Positions 39,520 to 49,261 of a stretch of DNA of 64,000 nucleotides are shown here, in pieces. Origin of the DNA: a virus (lineage: Duplodnaviria > Heunggongvirae > Uroviricota > Caudoviricetes); the IMG/VR virus record IMGVR_UViG_3300020156_000001, positions 330,321-394,320 of that record. One strand, written 5' to 3'. Under the pieces are notes generated by a model, which was not told the DNA's origin, made no database searches, and saw only the letters and a list, made by a program, of their open reading frames with translations. The position numbers were made by a program, and so were the translations under genes. The stretch's first letter is position 1, and each line of letters starts with the position of its first letter.

Positions 39520-40125
39520 ATGAGTGTTGAACCGCTAAAGGATGGCTTGAAGCTTGGCTTTAAAGGTCACCTGATTATCAGGGATAAGGACACGGGTGAA
39601 ACGCTGTTGGATAAGTCTAACGCGATTCACTTTGAGAACATGAGCGTTGCGGTTGCTGCGGGTCTCGCCGGCCGCCCAAACGGTAATATACATGAAATGC
39701 ACTTTGGTTCCGGTGGCTCTGCTGTCTCCGGAACCGGTGGCATCACTTACTATCCACCAAATGTGGTTGGCGCTAATGCCGATCTTTACAATCCCACATA
39801 CTTCAAAGTTGTCAACGATCAAAGCAGCTTGAACACAGATACTTCGAAGAATTTTATCGAAGTTCGCCACCTCGTTGGCACTGTTTATTCGGATATCATT
39901 ATCACTTGCACATTGGATTATTCCGAGCCAAGTGGTCAGGAAGCATTTGATGATTCCACTGATACCGAAGCCGCTTACATGTTTGATGAAATTGGTTTGA
40001 AGACCTATGACCCATCCGGTCCAGGTAATGGTCAACTATTGACTCACGTTATCTTCAATCCAATCCAAAAGTCTTTGAACCGTTTGATTGAAGTTGTCTA
40101 TACGATCAGAACTACTCTAGTTTAA
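39520..40125 (+). CDS. Baseplate / tail structural protein
   Basis: True start MSVEPLK after AAGGAG and AATAAATA; NAIH.ENM, FDEIGL, LLTHVIF.PIQKS.NR motifs. Confidence 0.7.
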   Translation: MSVEPLKDGLKLGFKGHLIIRDKDTGETLLDKSNAIHFENMSVAVAAGLAGRPNGNIHEMHFGSGGSAVSGTGGITYYPPNVVGANADLYNPTYFKVVNDQSSLNTDTSKNFIEVRHLVGTVYSDIIITCTLDYSEPSGQEAFDDSTDTEAAYMFDEIGLKTYDPSGPGNGQLLTHVIFNPIQKSLNRLIEVVYTIRTTLV

Positions 40126-40178
40126 GTGCTGCTTTTATAGTGCCATAAATACTGAAAATACTACTTTAGGAGTGCTTT

Positions 40179-42056
40179 ATGCCTTATCCAGTCAATCGTA
40201 CCGACGGCACGTTGTTGACCAATATTCAGGACTATACAAGAGATACAGAAACAACAAGTCTTACTCTTCTTGGTCGTGGCTCGGTTGACTACGGTGAAGC
40301 CGTTGCAGAAAACTTTGTTCACATGCTTGAGCATTTTGCCAGCCCAACACCGCCGGCAAATCCTCTACAGGGCCAGACATGGTTCCACACATACGACCCA
40401 GGTCCACCAGTTGCCGCAGTAAACAAGCTGAAGGTTTTCGATGGTACTTCTTGGATCAACGTAGGTGGTGCTCAGTCCAGCGTTAACCCACCGGAAAATC
40501 CTGAACCAGGTGACCTTTGGTATAACATCGAAAACTCCACAATCTACTATTGGGATGGATTCGATTGGAAGCCTATTGGTGGCCCATACACGGGTCTTGA
40601 GCCAGGTACTGATCCTGCTGAAATTCCTGATGATGTTATCATTCCTCCACCGGCTGAACCAACTGAAGGTATGTTTTGGTGGATGCTACCAGAGCGTGTA
40701 CTTTGGGCCTATGATAGCTCGCTTGCTCAGTTGGGTTCGTTCCCTCCAAAGTATCCACGTGTTGATGGTAGCTTTGTTCCAAACGGTTGGGTTCTAATCG
40801 GCCCACAGGGTATGCAGGATCCAAACGATCCAAACGGTGGCTCCTATACGATGATGACAGTCATCGACGCTATTAACCCAACAAACGGCGCTGAGGAAAA
40901 GTTTGAAGTTTACCTCACAGTGCTTGATGGCAAGCTTACAACGGTTGCTGTTGGTCGTCTCTGTCAGCTAAAGACTCCTGACATTAATGGTCTTGCTTTT
41001 GGTGCATGGGCTGACCCTTATGACACAAACGCAACTCCACTGCTTTTGCAGGCTGGTATCAATACAAACCACGACGCTACAATGATCTTTAACGGTCAGG
41101 TGTCGGACTCCTTGCGCTTGAACGGTTTGAACGCTTCGCAGTTCCTACGTTCGGACGTAAACACGGGTCCAATTGTTGATGACGTTGTGTTGGATCTTGG
41201 TTCTAAGGATGCTCACTGGTTGCGCTTCTTCTCCAAGTACATCTACGCGGGCGACTCTGATCCAGATGGTGATGCAGACGTTTCCGAAGTAAACATGTTT
41301 GGTAAGGCATCCGAAGCTGAAAAGTGCGAGTTTGCTGAAAAGGCCGTTATGTTCAAGGAAGGTAAAAAGCTTACCACTCCTGAAACAGAAGACGTTCTCA
41401 TCACGTTTACCGACTTGTTCCTAACAGAAGCCAACGAATACGTTGGTACTGCAAAGCTTACACAAGCTGGTAAAGATGCGATTAAGGATATCGCTAAGGA
41501 TGTAACCGATGACGTTGTGAGCACACTGCCTTCGGGTTCGTTTGTTCCGCTTGATGCGTCCAGTGTTCCAACTGGCAATCACGACATGGGTAACGCGGGT
41601 CAACGTTGGGGCACAATTTATGCCAACGTATTTGACGGTGAAGCAACAAAGGCACGTTACGCCGACTTGGCAGAACGTTATGAAGCTGATGAAGTTTATC
41701 CAGTTGGTACCCTACTTTCGATTGGTGGCGCTTGTGAAGTAACTGCCACAAATGGTGCTTACGATCACAACTACTTTGGTGTTGTTTCGGAAAATCCAGC
41801 TCACTTGATGAACGCTGCCGCTGGTGATGATGCAACTCACCCACCAGTCGCAATGGTAGGTCGTGTATTGGTTCGCATTGTGGGCAAAGTTAAGAAGGGC
41901 GATCGTATCGTTCTTTCCGAGTTCCCAGGTATTGCTCGTGCAGCTGAGTCCAACAATCCAAACTTCCTAAACAACTATTTGGTTGTTGGTCGCGCACTTG
42001 AGTACAAGGACGACATTGAGGAAGGTCTGGTTCTTTGCGTGGTTCACTCCAAGTAA
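40179..42056 (+). CDS. Tail fibre / baseplate fibre with C-terminal chaperone-like domain
   Basis: TSLTLLGR....YGE...ENF.HMLE.FA...P.NP..GQ.W, GDLWY repeats, C-terminal A.YADLAE.Y / GVVS..PA.LMN / GRV; CATAAATA upstream. Confidence 0.75.
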   Translation: MPYPVNRTDGTLLTNIQDYTRDTETTSLTLLGRGSVDYGEAVAENFVHMLEHFASPTPPANPLQGQTWFHTYDPGPPVAAVNKLKVFDGTSWINVGGAQSSVNPPENPEPGDLWYNIENSTIYYWDGFDWKPIGGPYTGLEPGTDPAEIPDDVIIPPPAEPTEGMFWWMLPERVLWAYDSSLAQLGSFPPKYPRVDGSFVPNGWVLIGPQGMQDPNDPNGGSYTMMTVIDAINPTNGAEEKFEVYLTVLDGKLTTVAVGRLCQLKTPDINGLAFGAWADPYDTNATPLLLQAGINTNHDATMIFNGQVSDSLRLNGLNASQFLRSDVNTGPIVDDVVLDLGSKDAHWLRFFSKYIYAGDSDPDGDADVSEVNMFGKASEAEKCEFAEKAVMFKEGKKLTTPETEDVLITFTDLFLTEANEYVGTAKLTQAGKDAIKDIAKDVTDDVVSTLPSGSFVPLDASSVPTGNHDMGNAGQRWGTIYANVFDGEATKARYADLAERYEADEVYPVGTLLSIGGACEVTATNGAYDHNYFGVVSENPAHLMNAAAGDDATHPPVAMVGRVLVRIVGKVKKGDRIVLSEFPGIARAAESNNPNFLNNYLVVGRALEYKDDIEEGLVLCVVHSK

Positions 42057-42078
42057 GACACGCAAATAGTTAACGAAT

Positions 42079-42102
42079 AAGGGCGGCTTAGGTCGCCCTT
42101 TT
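42079..42102 (+). terminator. Intrinsic terminator
   Basis: AAGGGCGGC-TTAG-GTCGCCCTTTT. Confidence 0.75.
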
Positions 42103-42168
42103 CCAACCAACTTTGACGTTGCTAAGTTGGATGCAAATGTTTAAGTTGGAACAAATCGAGGACACATT

Positions 42169-42804
42169 ATGATTGCTTTGCCTAAGGAAATGTTTGACGT
42201 AACGGCGTTTAAAGTTCTCAGCTTTAATCATCCCGTTGATCTCAAACTTCCCTACTATGCGATGGAAATCCCATCGAACATGGCAAACCTGCTTTACCCC
42301 GACAACACGTTTATCCTCATTTTGAACAACAATGGCACGTTTAATCGCTCCGAACGTATTGATGCCTTTGAGGGGCTAGTCAACAAGACCAATGCGCTTC
42401 GTGAGGCGCAATTCGCCGGCTGGCCGATCAAAGTTGAGGATATGGAAACCTACAACGAAGAACTTCAGCAAGTAACTCAAGCACTTGCTGATGGTTTTGG
42501 TGCTCCAGTAAACGCGCATTTGTTTATTGGATTTGAGGAACAAGGAAGCTTTGGCTGGCACACCGATGAAGGTCATGTCGCGTGTTATATGGTAAGCGGC
42601 ACCAAGCTGATGAAAACTCGTGCAGGCAATTTTGAACTAAATGCGGGTGATTGGATTGTAATGCCAGAAGGGCTGGAGCATTGTGCTCATAACCTTACAG
42701 ATACAGTGATGATCAGCTTTGGTACTGGCTCACATCGCCCATCAACAAAAGACCCATTGTGGGGCACAAAGAACCCCTCGGTCTTGAAAGATCCTAATGC
42801 TTAA
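42169..42804 (+). CDS. JmjC / cupin-4-like Fe(II)/2-oxoglutarate oxygenase
   Basis: SFGWHTD (HxD), GTK (2OG Lys), L.AGD.IVMP.G..H (distal His). Confidence 0.75.
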   Translation: MIALPKEMFDVTAFKVLSFNHPVDLKLPYYAMEIPSNMANLLYPDNTFILILNNNGTFNRSERIDAFEGLVNKTNALREAQFAGWPIKVEDMETYNEELQQVTQALADGFGAPVNAHLFIGFEEQGSFGWHTDEGHVACYMVSGTKLMKTRAGNFELNAGDWIVMPEGLEHCAHNLTDTVMISFGTGSHRPSTKDPLWGTKNPSVLKDPNA

Positions 42805-43858
42805 ACAACTCCACGTATATTTGAAGACTACCGAGACTTGCCAACTTAATTGCGCCCATTGTTTTACCAGCGGTCGGCTAGGTCGTAAAATCTACTTTAA
42901 TGCGGACAAAACCATTGATTGGTTTAAACGTCTCAAACATGCTCAGCCCCTGCTTCAACACGTAACTGTTGAATTCCACGGTGGTGAACCATTCCTCGCC
43001 CCACTCGAAGACATGCGCAAGACTTGGGAACAGTGCAAGGACTTGTTCCCAATGATGAGGTGGTCCGCGTGTACTAACCTGACGTTCAATCTTACGGAAG
43101 AGCGTCTACAGTTCATGAAGGATGCTTTCTCCAATACTATTGCCACTTCATGGGATGATGGCATCCGTTTTGAGAACGAAAAGCAGGAAAGCTTGTGGCG
43201 ACAAAATGTTCGAAAGCTTGTAGCCGAAGGCTTTGATGTTACACTAATGGTTTCTCTCTCGCGCAAAACGATTGAGAAGGAACCAATTGAATTGCTTCGC
43301 ATGGCAGCAGAGCTTGGCGTCCGCTATATTAGCTTGGAACGTATTACTCCGCATGGCCATGCAAAGGGCAACAGCGATATCTTTCCTAGCAATTTGGAGA
43401 TGGATGCTTGGTTCTTACGTATGTGGGAACAAAGTGTTGAGCACAAGGCATGGGAGTGGGCTCCTATGAATGTGTTCATGAACGGCATTCTCGAAAAGAT
43501 CAACAGAGGTTCAACCGGCGGTGTATTTTGCCGTAATTGCGAAACAAAGATGTTTACGTTGAATCCTGATGGTTCCATAGGTGGCTGCCCGAACGATGCC
43601 CCTGTAAATAACTACGGTCACTTGGATATGGAGATCAAGGATCTCTTTTACAACCCAGGTCGTATGAAGAAGATTGCATGTGAAGCGTTTCGCAATCCCT
43701 CCTGCTACAAGTGCCCAGTGTTTGACATTTGCAACGGCGATTGCCAGCAAGTATTATGGCAGGGAAATGTTTGTGCGAGTCCAAAAAGCATGATCAAGCG
43801 ACTAAAGGAAGTTGCGGATTATGATCTTTTTGAGAAGTTTTTGCAGGAGAAAGATTAA
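42797..43858 (+). CDS. Radical SAM/SPASM protein 1
   Basis: CQLNCAHC, FHGGEP, C-terminal CRNC...GGC...CYKC....CNGDC...C. Confidence 0.92.
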   Translation: MLKQLHVYLKTTETCQLNCAHCFTSGRLGRKIYFNADKTIDWFKRLKHAQPLLQHVTVEFHGGEPFLAPLEDMRKTWEQCKDLFPMMRWSACTNLTFNLTEERLQFMKDAFSNTIATSWDDGIRFENEKQESLWRQNVRKLVAEGFDVTLMVSLSRKTIEKEPIELLRMAAELGVRYISLERITPHGHAKGNSDIFPSNLEMDAWFLRMWEQSVEHKAWEWAPMNVFMNGILEKINRGSTGGVFCRNCETKMFTLNPDGSIGGCPNDAPVNNYGHLDMEIKDLFYNPGRMKKIACEAFRNPSCYKCPVFDICNGDCQQVLWQGNVCASPKSMIKRLKEVADYDLFEKFLQEKD

Positions 43859-44814
43859 TGGCAAACCCAACAACCGGCAACATCATTTACGCCAAGGAAA
43901 CTTCTCCCACGGCGTATGATGACATTCTCGGCAAGTTTCGTATGGAGTTCGTACGCAAAACCGAAGGCGTTATCGAGTACCACAAAGACAACGTTCTCGA
44001 TACAACCAAAGAGTTTTATCGCGTTGGCATTAATGACCAGGACTTGAATCCACAACCCACCGGATTTAACTCCACAGATATGGCAAACGCGGCCACAGCA
44101 ACACAGGATGGCATTCCCTACTTTATCACCAAGGGTGGTACGGATCTCGCACTTACTGATGTGTTTGGTCCCAACACTACGGTTCTACAAGATGACGGCC
44201 AAGTTCCACAAAACGCCGGCGATCGAATTGATGGTCAGCGCAGCTTTTGGGACGTTCAAGGCGGCGGCGGTATTGGACCAGGTGCAGATGCCGCAAGTAT
44301 CACAACTTCTGTTGCCCATGCTATTGCCGAGCATACGGCAGTTCTTGCTCGTATCCGCAAAGTAACAATTGCCGAGCGTATGGGCACAACTAGCATGGAT
44401 TGGGAATCCAAAAACTGGCCTGCAACATTTGGTCACAATGGCAAAACTTACACCATTGAAAACAAAGGCGATACGCTGGTAACTTACGAGGAACTTTACA
44501 CGTTTCCAGTGATCTCAACTAAGACAGGTTTGACCGCACTAGTTGATCCATTCCAATCCGCATTGGATTGGCAGATCTTTGCGCAAACTGTTTTTGGTGA
44601 TCCGCTTCGCACAAAGGTTGTTGACTCCGGCGGTAACTCCCCTGATGGTCCACAGGAACACGGTGAGTACATCACACAGGATGGTCTAACAACGGTGTTC
44701 GCACGTATGCAGGGTGTTTGGGAACAGGCAAAGGATTACGATGCCCGTACATTCATCGATTATTGCCACACATCTTGCCACGCCAGCTGCCACGGAAGTC
44801 GCGGTCGTCGATAA
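43858..44814 (+). CDS. Putative radical SAM substrate with C-terminal (CHxS)3-RGRR tail
   Basis: Ends YCHTSCHASCHGSRGRR; coupled to radical SAM gene 1 by TAATG. Confidence 0.7.
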   Translation: MANPTTGNIIYAKETSPTAYDDILGKFRMEFVRKTEGVIEYHKDNVLDTTKEFYRVGINDQDLNPQPTGFNSTDMANAATATQDGIPYFITKGGTDLALTDVFGPNTTVLQDDGQVPQNAGDRIDGQRSFWDVQGGGGIGPGADAASITTSVAHAIAEHTAVLARIRKVTIAERMGTTSMDWESKNWPATFGHNGKTYTIENKGDTLVTYEELYTFPVISTKTGLTALVDPFQSALDWQIFAQTVFGDPLRTKVVDSGGNSPDGPQEHGEYITQDGLTTVFARMQGVWEQAKDYDARTFIDYCHTSCHASCHGSRGRR

Positions 44815-44824
44815 GGGAAACCCT

Positions 44825-45604
44825 ATGCTAAACTTGAACACAAAAACACCCGAACAAATCATTGAAACCACTGCACCTATCTCGATGGAGAATTTGCAGT
44901 TGGCAATGACTGATCCGGAAATTGCCATTATTATCGACTATGCCAATAGCACATTGCGCGGCAAACAATTGCTCACATACTTGAGTAACTTGGCTCTTCC
45001 TTTTGATGTCAAGATTACATCCGAAGTAAGCAAAGACGAACGTTTTGAACTGGTGCGCGAATACATGAGCATGAACGGTCTGCTAGGCGCACCAAGCCTC
45101 GTGCTTACTGTGGGTTCAATTCTCACAGCACTCAAGGGCAATGACGACTTTTACAAAGGTCTTCGTAACCCGGTTCTCAACGCCGATGAAATCATCGAGT
45201 TTATCAAAGAAAACCAAAAGATGGTTAGCAAGTGGAAGATTGTCATGGACTCCATGATCGTCTACGCGATGAAGGCCAGCAAAAAGTTCCAAGACGCATT
45301 TGGTGACCCAAAGCTCAAGTACGAAAACATTGATGACGAAACTGCCATTGGTAAGAACTTCGTACATCTGTTTGATGTTGCGATCTTCATGGAAGAGTTC
45401 TTCAAAGTCCCAGGTAACAAGTTCTACTATTTTACCAAGCAGTTTGAAGACTACATGTTTGCCCAGCAGAACCTGTTCTACTATTTCATGAAGCCATCAA
45501 ACCCATTGCCGGCAAGCTTGGAAAGCATTGGTTCTGACCACTACAACGTGGGTGACCTCATTAAGGAATACGACGAGATTGAGGCTCGTCTAACTGAAGA
45601 GTAA
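44825..45604 (+). CDS. Hypothetical protein in radical SAM cluster
   Basis: True start MLNLNTK after AAGGGA; 259 aa. Confidence 0.7.
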   Translation: MLNLNTKTPEQIIETTAPISMENLQLAMTDPEIAIIIDYANSTLRGKQLLTYLSNLALPFDVKITSEVSKDERFELVREYMSMNGLLGAPSLVLTVGSILTALKGNDDFYKGLRNPVLNADEIIEFIKENQKMVSKWKIVMDSMIVYAMKASKKFQDAFGDPKLKYENIDDETAIGKNFVHLFDVAIFMEEFFKVPGNKFYYFTKQFEDYMFAQQNLFYYFMKPSNPLPASLESIGSDHYNVGDLIKEYDEIEARLTEE

Positions 45605-45605
45605 A

Positions 45606-46700
45606 ATGGAAAAGCTTGTTTTTGGTGGTGAGGATGTCATTGATATCAGTGACATCGATCCTTCGGTAAAACCGATTGTTCAACTCACCGAAACAGTTCT
45701 TGCAAAAAAGCGTAGCTCGCAAGGTGAGATTATCGTCACCTTGTTTGAGCATTGCAATCTATCATGCAAGTTCTGCAACCAAGACCATGACTCCACTTTG
45801 GGAATGGACAATATTCGTGGTAAGGCTGCGGATGTTATCAAAGCAATCCAACTGCTAAAGAAGATGCGTAAGGAAACTTTCTCAATCCATTTTATGGGTG
45901 GAGAGATTTTTCAAGACTCGTTTGATCAATCCCAATATGTGGAATATTTGAACCTAACACTGGATGTTGCTGAGTTTTGCGAGCAAATGGGTTATCCCGT
46001 TGAGTTCGTTTTTATGAGCAATTTGATCCACTTCAACACACAAGCGGTAAAGGGTTTGCTAACGGCGCTGTCAGCGCGAAACCTTAAGGTAATGCTTGGT
46101 ACCAGCTATGATCCTTCTATGCGATTTTCAGCAAAGGATCTGGCAATCTTCTCACGCAACTTGGAAATCTATAAAGATTATCTGGGTGTTGTGAATGTTA
46201 TCCTCACTGCGCCAAACATCCGCAAATTCTTGTGCGGCAACACGCCGCATTTCGATTACATTTACGAACACTTTGAAGTGTTCTTCGACTATTACACACC
46301 AGAGGCAAATCATGAAATCATGTCTCCAAAAGATCATGAACTACGTGATATGCTTGAGTGGCTCGTTGTTCATTATCCAAAAGTTAATCCAGTATCTGGT
46401 TGGATAGAGCACGAAGACAACGCAATGAGTTGTCAAAGCACCTATACGATTCAGCCCGATGGTCGCGCTGGTCGTTGCACGATTCTGTTAAATAATTTTC
46501 AGAAAGAGGTCGCCCCAAAAACAGCGGGTGAAATGGAAGGTGAGTTTATCACCAAGATGGATTGCTTGAAATGCGAGTTCTTCTCGCGCTGTGGTTTGGG
46601 CTGCTTTCTTCAACAACATTTCAACGGCCCCAACCGTACAATGAACGACTGCTGGATGAAAGACGTTCATCGTAAGATCAGCGAGGTGAAAAGTGTTTGA
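45606..46700 (+). CDS. Radical SAM protein 2 with C-terminal Cys cluster
   Basis: CNLSCKFC, FMGGE, CLKC....CGLGC...C. Confidence 0.9.
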   Translation: MEKLVFGGEDVIDISDIDPSVKPIVQLTETVLAKKRSSQGEIIVTLFEHCNLSCKFCNQDHDSTLGMDNIRGKAADVIKAIQLLKKMRKETFSIHFMGGEIFQDSFDQSQYVEYLNLTLDVAEFCEQMGYPVEFVFMSNLIHFNTQAVKGLLTALSARNLKVMLGTSYDPSMRFSAKDLAIFSRNLEIYKDYLGVVNVILTAPNIRKFLCGNTPHFDYIYEHFEVFFDYYTPEANHEIMSPKDHELRDMLEWLVVHYPKVNPVSGWIEHEDNAMSCQSTYTIQPDGRAGRCTILLNNFQKEVAPKTAGEMEGEFITKMDCLKCEFFSRCGLGCFLQQHFNGPNRTMNDCWMKDVHRKISEVKSV

Positions 46701-47043
46701 TGATGATCTCAGCTATTTGGAATCTTTTGCTCGCACATTAAGAAGTTATCCAATAGTTGTCGTGCATGTGGATGAACGCACATTGCTGGCAATCTACAAA
46801 GAACCCACTGAGCATTTTGTGGGATTAATTCGCAAGAAGCGAAACATTCCTTTTTATCAAGCCTTTGTTGCTCAATTTTATCCCAGTGATACCAACTACA
46901 CGGGCTTGGGTACTGGTAATAAACTTGTTGAATTCGTGTTTGCTAACCCGGATAAAGTCCGAGCGTTTTCAACCGCAGATGTTTCGGGTCACGAGAACTT
47001 TGAAACTGAGTTTCTTCGCGTGCTGAAGGAGACCATAAAATGA
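46693..47043 (+). CDS. Hypothetical protein in radical SAM cluster
   Basis: GAGG RBS, GTG start overlapping the previous gene. Confidence 0.6.
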   Translation: MFDDDLSYLESFARTLRSYPIVVVHVDERTLLAIYKEPTEHFVGLIRKKRNIPFYQAFVAQFYPSDTNYTGLGTGNKLVEFVFANPDKVRAFSTADVSGHENFETEFLRVLKETIK

Positions 47044-47942
47044 CTCTACTCAACGCGATGTTTCGTAACGGCGACAACAGCTTGGTTAACGTGCAATGGG
47101 AGTTCCTAGATACTCCGCCGGCACGGTCTTGGCGCAATATGTTTGAATACGTGTTGGAGAACCCCAAGAGCAACCCACTCCATTTGACGGATGCAGTGTT
47201 CTGCCAAAGCCGTGATGAAGCGAAAGCCCTTTGGGATCAAGTTCGCACGGATCTCATAGGCTTCAATCATATCTATGCAAAGATGCCTTTTGGTAAAGTT
47301 AAGGCAGCTCATTGCTCTAAGCTTCTCGAAGAGTTGTTCCAAATGCAAACCAACGGCATGCTTGGTTTGGACCGCACCTATGTGATCAAAGGTGTTGTGG
47401 ACAATTTGAAGAAGGTAATGTTCTACTTAGACAAAGTTGCCGATACCGAATTCAACAACGGTAACGAAGGTTCCGCTTATGGGCAAATCAACGTTATTCC
47501 TGATCCACACTTTGCTATCGAATTCAAGCCCGAGTGGATTGAATACCTAACTATGGATATCGAGCCGGGTACGATGTATGCGGAACTCGTATATACGGGA
47601 CAAGCGTGGCATCACATCCTACAATTGGGTCAGGTTGAAAATGCTTATGATGCAATTCGCACCAAGCGTTTTGGTCCACCTGCGGCCATGGGTAGTGGAT
47701 TTGTTGTACCGTTCAATCAAGACGTTGGTGGTGTGGAAGCCGAATTGATTCAGTATTTCTACAACCATCGCGGCGCTCTAAAACACCTTGATTCCACCTT
47801 TGATCCCATGTATGCGTTAGCGTGCTCAGGACGTTTGCCAGTGGCCAAGCTAAAGACAAGTTTGGGTGCGATTGGATATGCGGGTTATGAAGACCTTAAG
47901 CGAATCAAATCGCTGTTCAAACTGGAGGCGTATGATGACTGA
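47040..47942 (+). CDS. Hypothetical protein in radical SAM cluster
   Basis: AAGGAG RBS, ATGA overlap; 300 aa. Confidence 0.7.
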   Translation: MTLLNAMFRNGDNSLVNVQWEFLDTPPARSWRNMFEYVLENPKSNPLHLTDAVFCQSRDEAKALWDQVRTDLIGFNHIYAKMPFGKVKAAHCSKLLEELFQMQTNGMLGLDRTYVIKGVVDNLKKVMFYLDKVADTEFNNGNEGSAYGQINVIPDPHFAIEFKPEWIEYLTMDIEPGTMYAELVYTGQAWHHILQLGQVENAYDAIRTKRFGPPAAMGSGFVVPFNQDVGGVEAELIQYFYNHRGALKHLDSTFDPMYALACSGRLPVAKLKTSLGAIGYAGYEDLKRIKSLFKLEAYDD

Positions 47943-48201
47943 AAATGAAAAGCGAATGCTATTCTATATTAGAGAGATGGGCAAACGTATTGCAGAAGCG
48001 CGTGCTGTGAATAATGCAGCGGTAGATAGTTGGATAGCAGATCCAACAACAAAAGTACCAAAGCAAATCGTCCAAGAGTATCGAAAACTACGTTTGGATT
48101 TTATTGATGAGCAAGTGATCGTTGCGTTTTCACAGGGCGAAGACATTGTTCTCACCCGATTGCAGGCTGAGGAAAATGGATCTTATCGTAAAACCAACTG
48201 A
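47932..48201 (+). CDS. Small hypothetical protein in radical SAM cluster
   Basis: GGAGG RBS before ATGATG at 47932; 89 aa. Confidence 0.6.
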   Translation: MMTENEKRMLFYIREMGKRIAEARAVNNAAVDSWIADPTTKVPKQIVQEYRKLRLDFIDEQVIVAFSQGEDIVLTRLQAEENGSYRKTN

Positions 48202-49261
48202 GCTTTGCAACTTCAAATGCACATTCTGCTCCAGCACTAAAATTGCCGCACATTCCGCGCAAATGCTTGATGTTGAAAAGATCTTTGAGTTCCTAAAGCG
48301 TTTCCCCAATACAAAGACGATTATCATCAATGGTGGTGACCCACTTATGGTTGCGCCGGGTTGGTACTGGCGTCTTATCGACCATTTGGAAAAGCACGAT
48401 TACGAAGCTTCCATCAGCTTTACATCCAATCTGTGGCCGTTTCTGCAAAAGCCGCAAAAGTGGGTCGATTTGTTCCGTCACCCACGACTTGGGGTAACAA
48501 CGAGTTTCAATTATGGACCGGGTCGTGTAAAGGGTGATCTCTCACTTTTTACTGAGGATGATCTTTGGGAAGTTTCCAATGCCATGCTTGAATATGTGGG
48601 TTATCGTCCGGATTTTATCTCTGTGGTAACCGACGAGAATGAGCATCTTGCGCTGGACAATGTTCGACTTGCCAAGCGTATGAGTGAAGGAAAACCCGCT
48701 GGCAGTTTTGCCGATGGTGTCAAGGTTGGTGTTGAGTGCAAGCTTAATTATGCGATGGCATCCGGTGATATCATTGTTGATCCTCGCACAGGACACCGAA
48801 TGGGTCAGGCTGGCAACCCTTACTTGCTTGCAAAAGTTTACGCGCTTTATGTTGCAATTCACAAAGAGGGTTTGACACCTTGGGAATTCAACACTAAGCA
48901 GATGTCAAAACGCCTAACTGATCGTCCAACAATTTGCCCACAAAACCGCAAATGCGATGAGGGTATTCGGACGATTCAACCCGGTGGTGACTATTACAGT
49001 TGCGGTGCGTTTGGTGACGATCGTGACAAGCCGATTGATTATCATGCCGAAGTGATCGAAGGTAAGTTTTTCACTCCTCTGCAGGATGATGCAAATTTGT
49101 CCAGCATGAAAACCGAATGCTTCACATGTCCAATGTTTGCAATCTGCAATGGTTGCCGTAAAACAGTCAAGGACTTGAAGGAAGCAGGTCTCGTAGAGCA
49201 GCATTGCAAAACAATGAAAACGCTTGCTACGGACATTCTGGAGGTCAATGGACTAGCATGA
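48176..49261 (+). CDS. Radical SAM/SPASM protein 3
   Basis: Start MDLIVKPT after GAGG; CNFKCTFC, INGGDP, CPQNRKC...YSC...CFTC....CNGC...C. Confidence 0.92.
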   Translation: MDLIVKPTELCNFKCTFCSSTKIAAHSAQMLDVEKIFEFLKRFPNTKTIIINGGDPLMVAPGWYWRLIDHLEKHDYEASISFTSNLWPFLQKPQKWVDLFRHPRLGVTTSFNYGPGRVKGDLSLFTEDDLWEVSNAMLEYVGYRPDFISVVTDENEHLALDNVRLAKRMSEGKPAGSFADGVKVGVECKLNYAMASGDIIVDPRTGHRMGQAGNPYLLAKVYALYVAIHKEGLTPWEFNTKQMSKRLTDRPTICPQNRKCDEGIRTIQPGGDYYSCGAFGDDRDKPIDYHAEVIEGKFFTPLQDDANLSSMKTECFTCPMFAICNGCRKTVKDLKEAGLVEQHCKTMKTLATDILEVNGLA

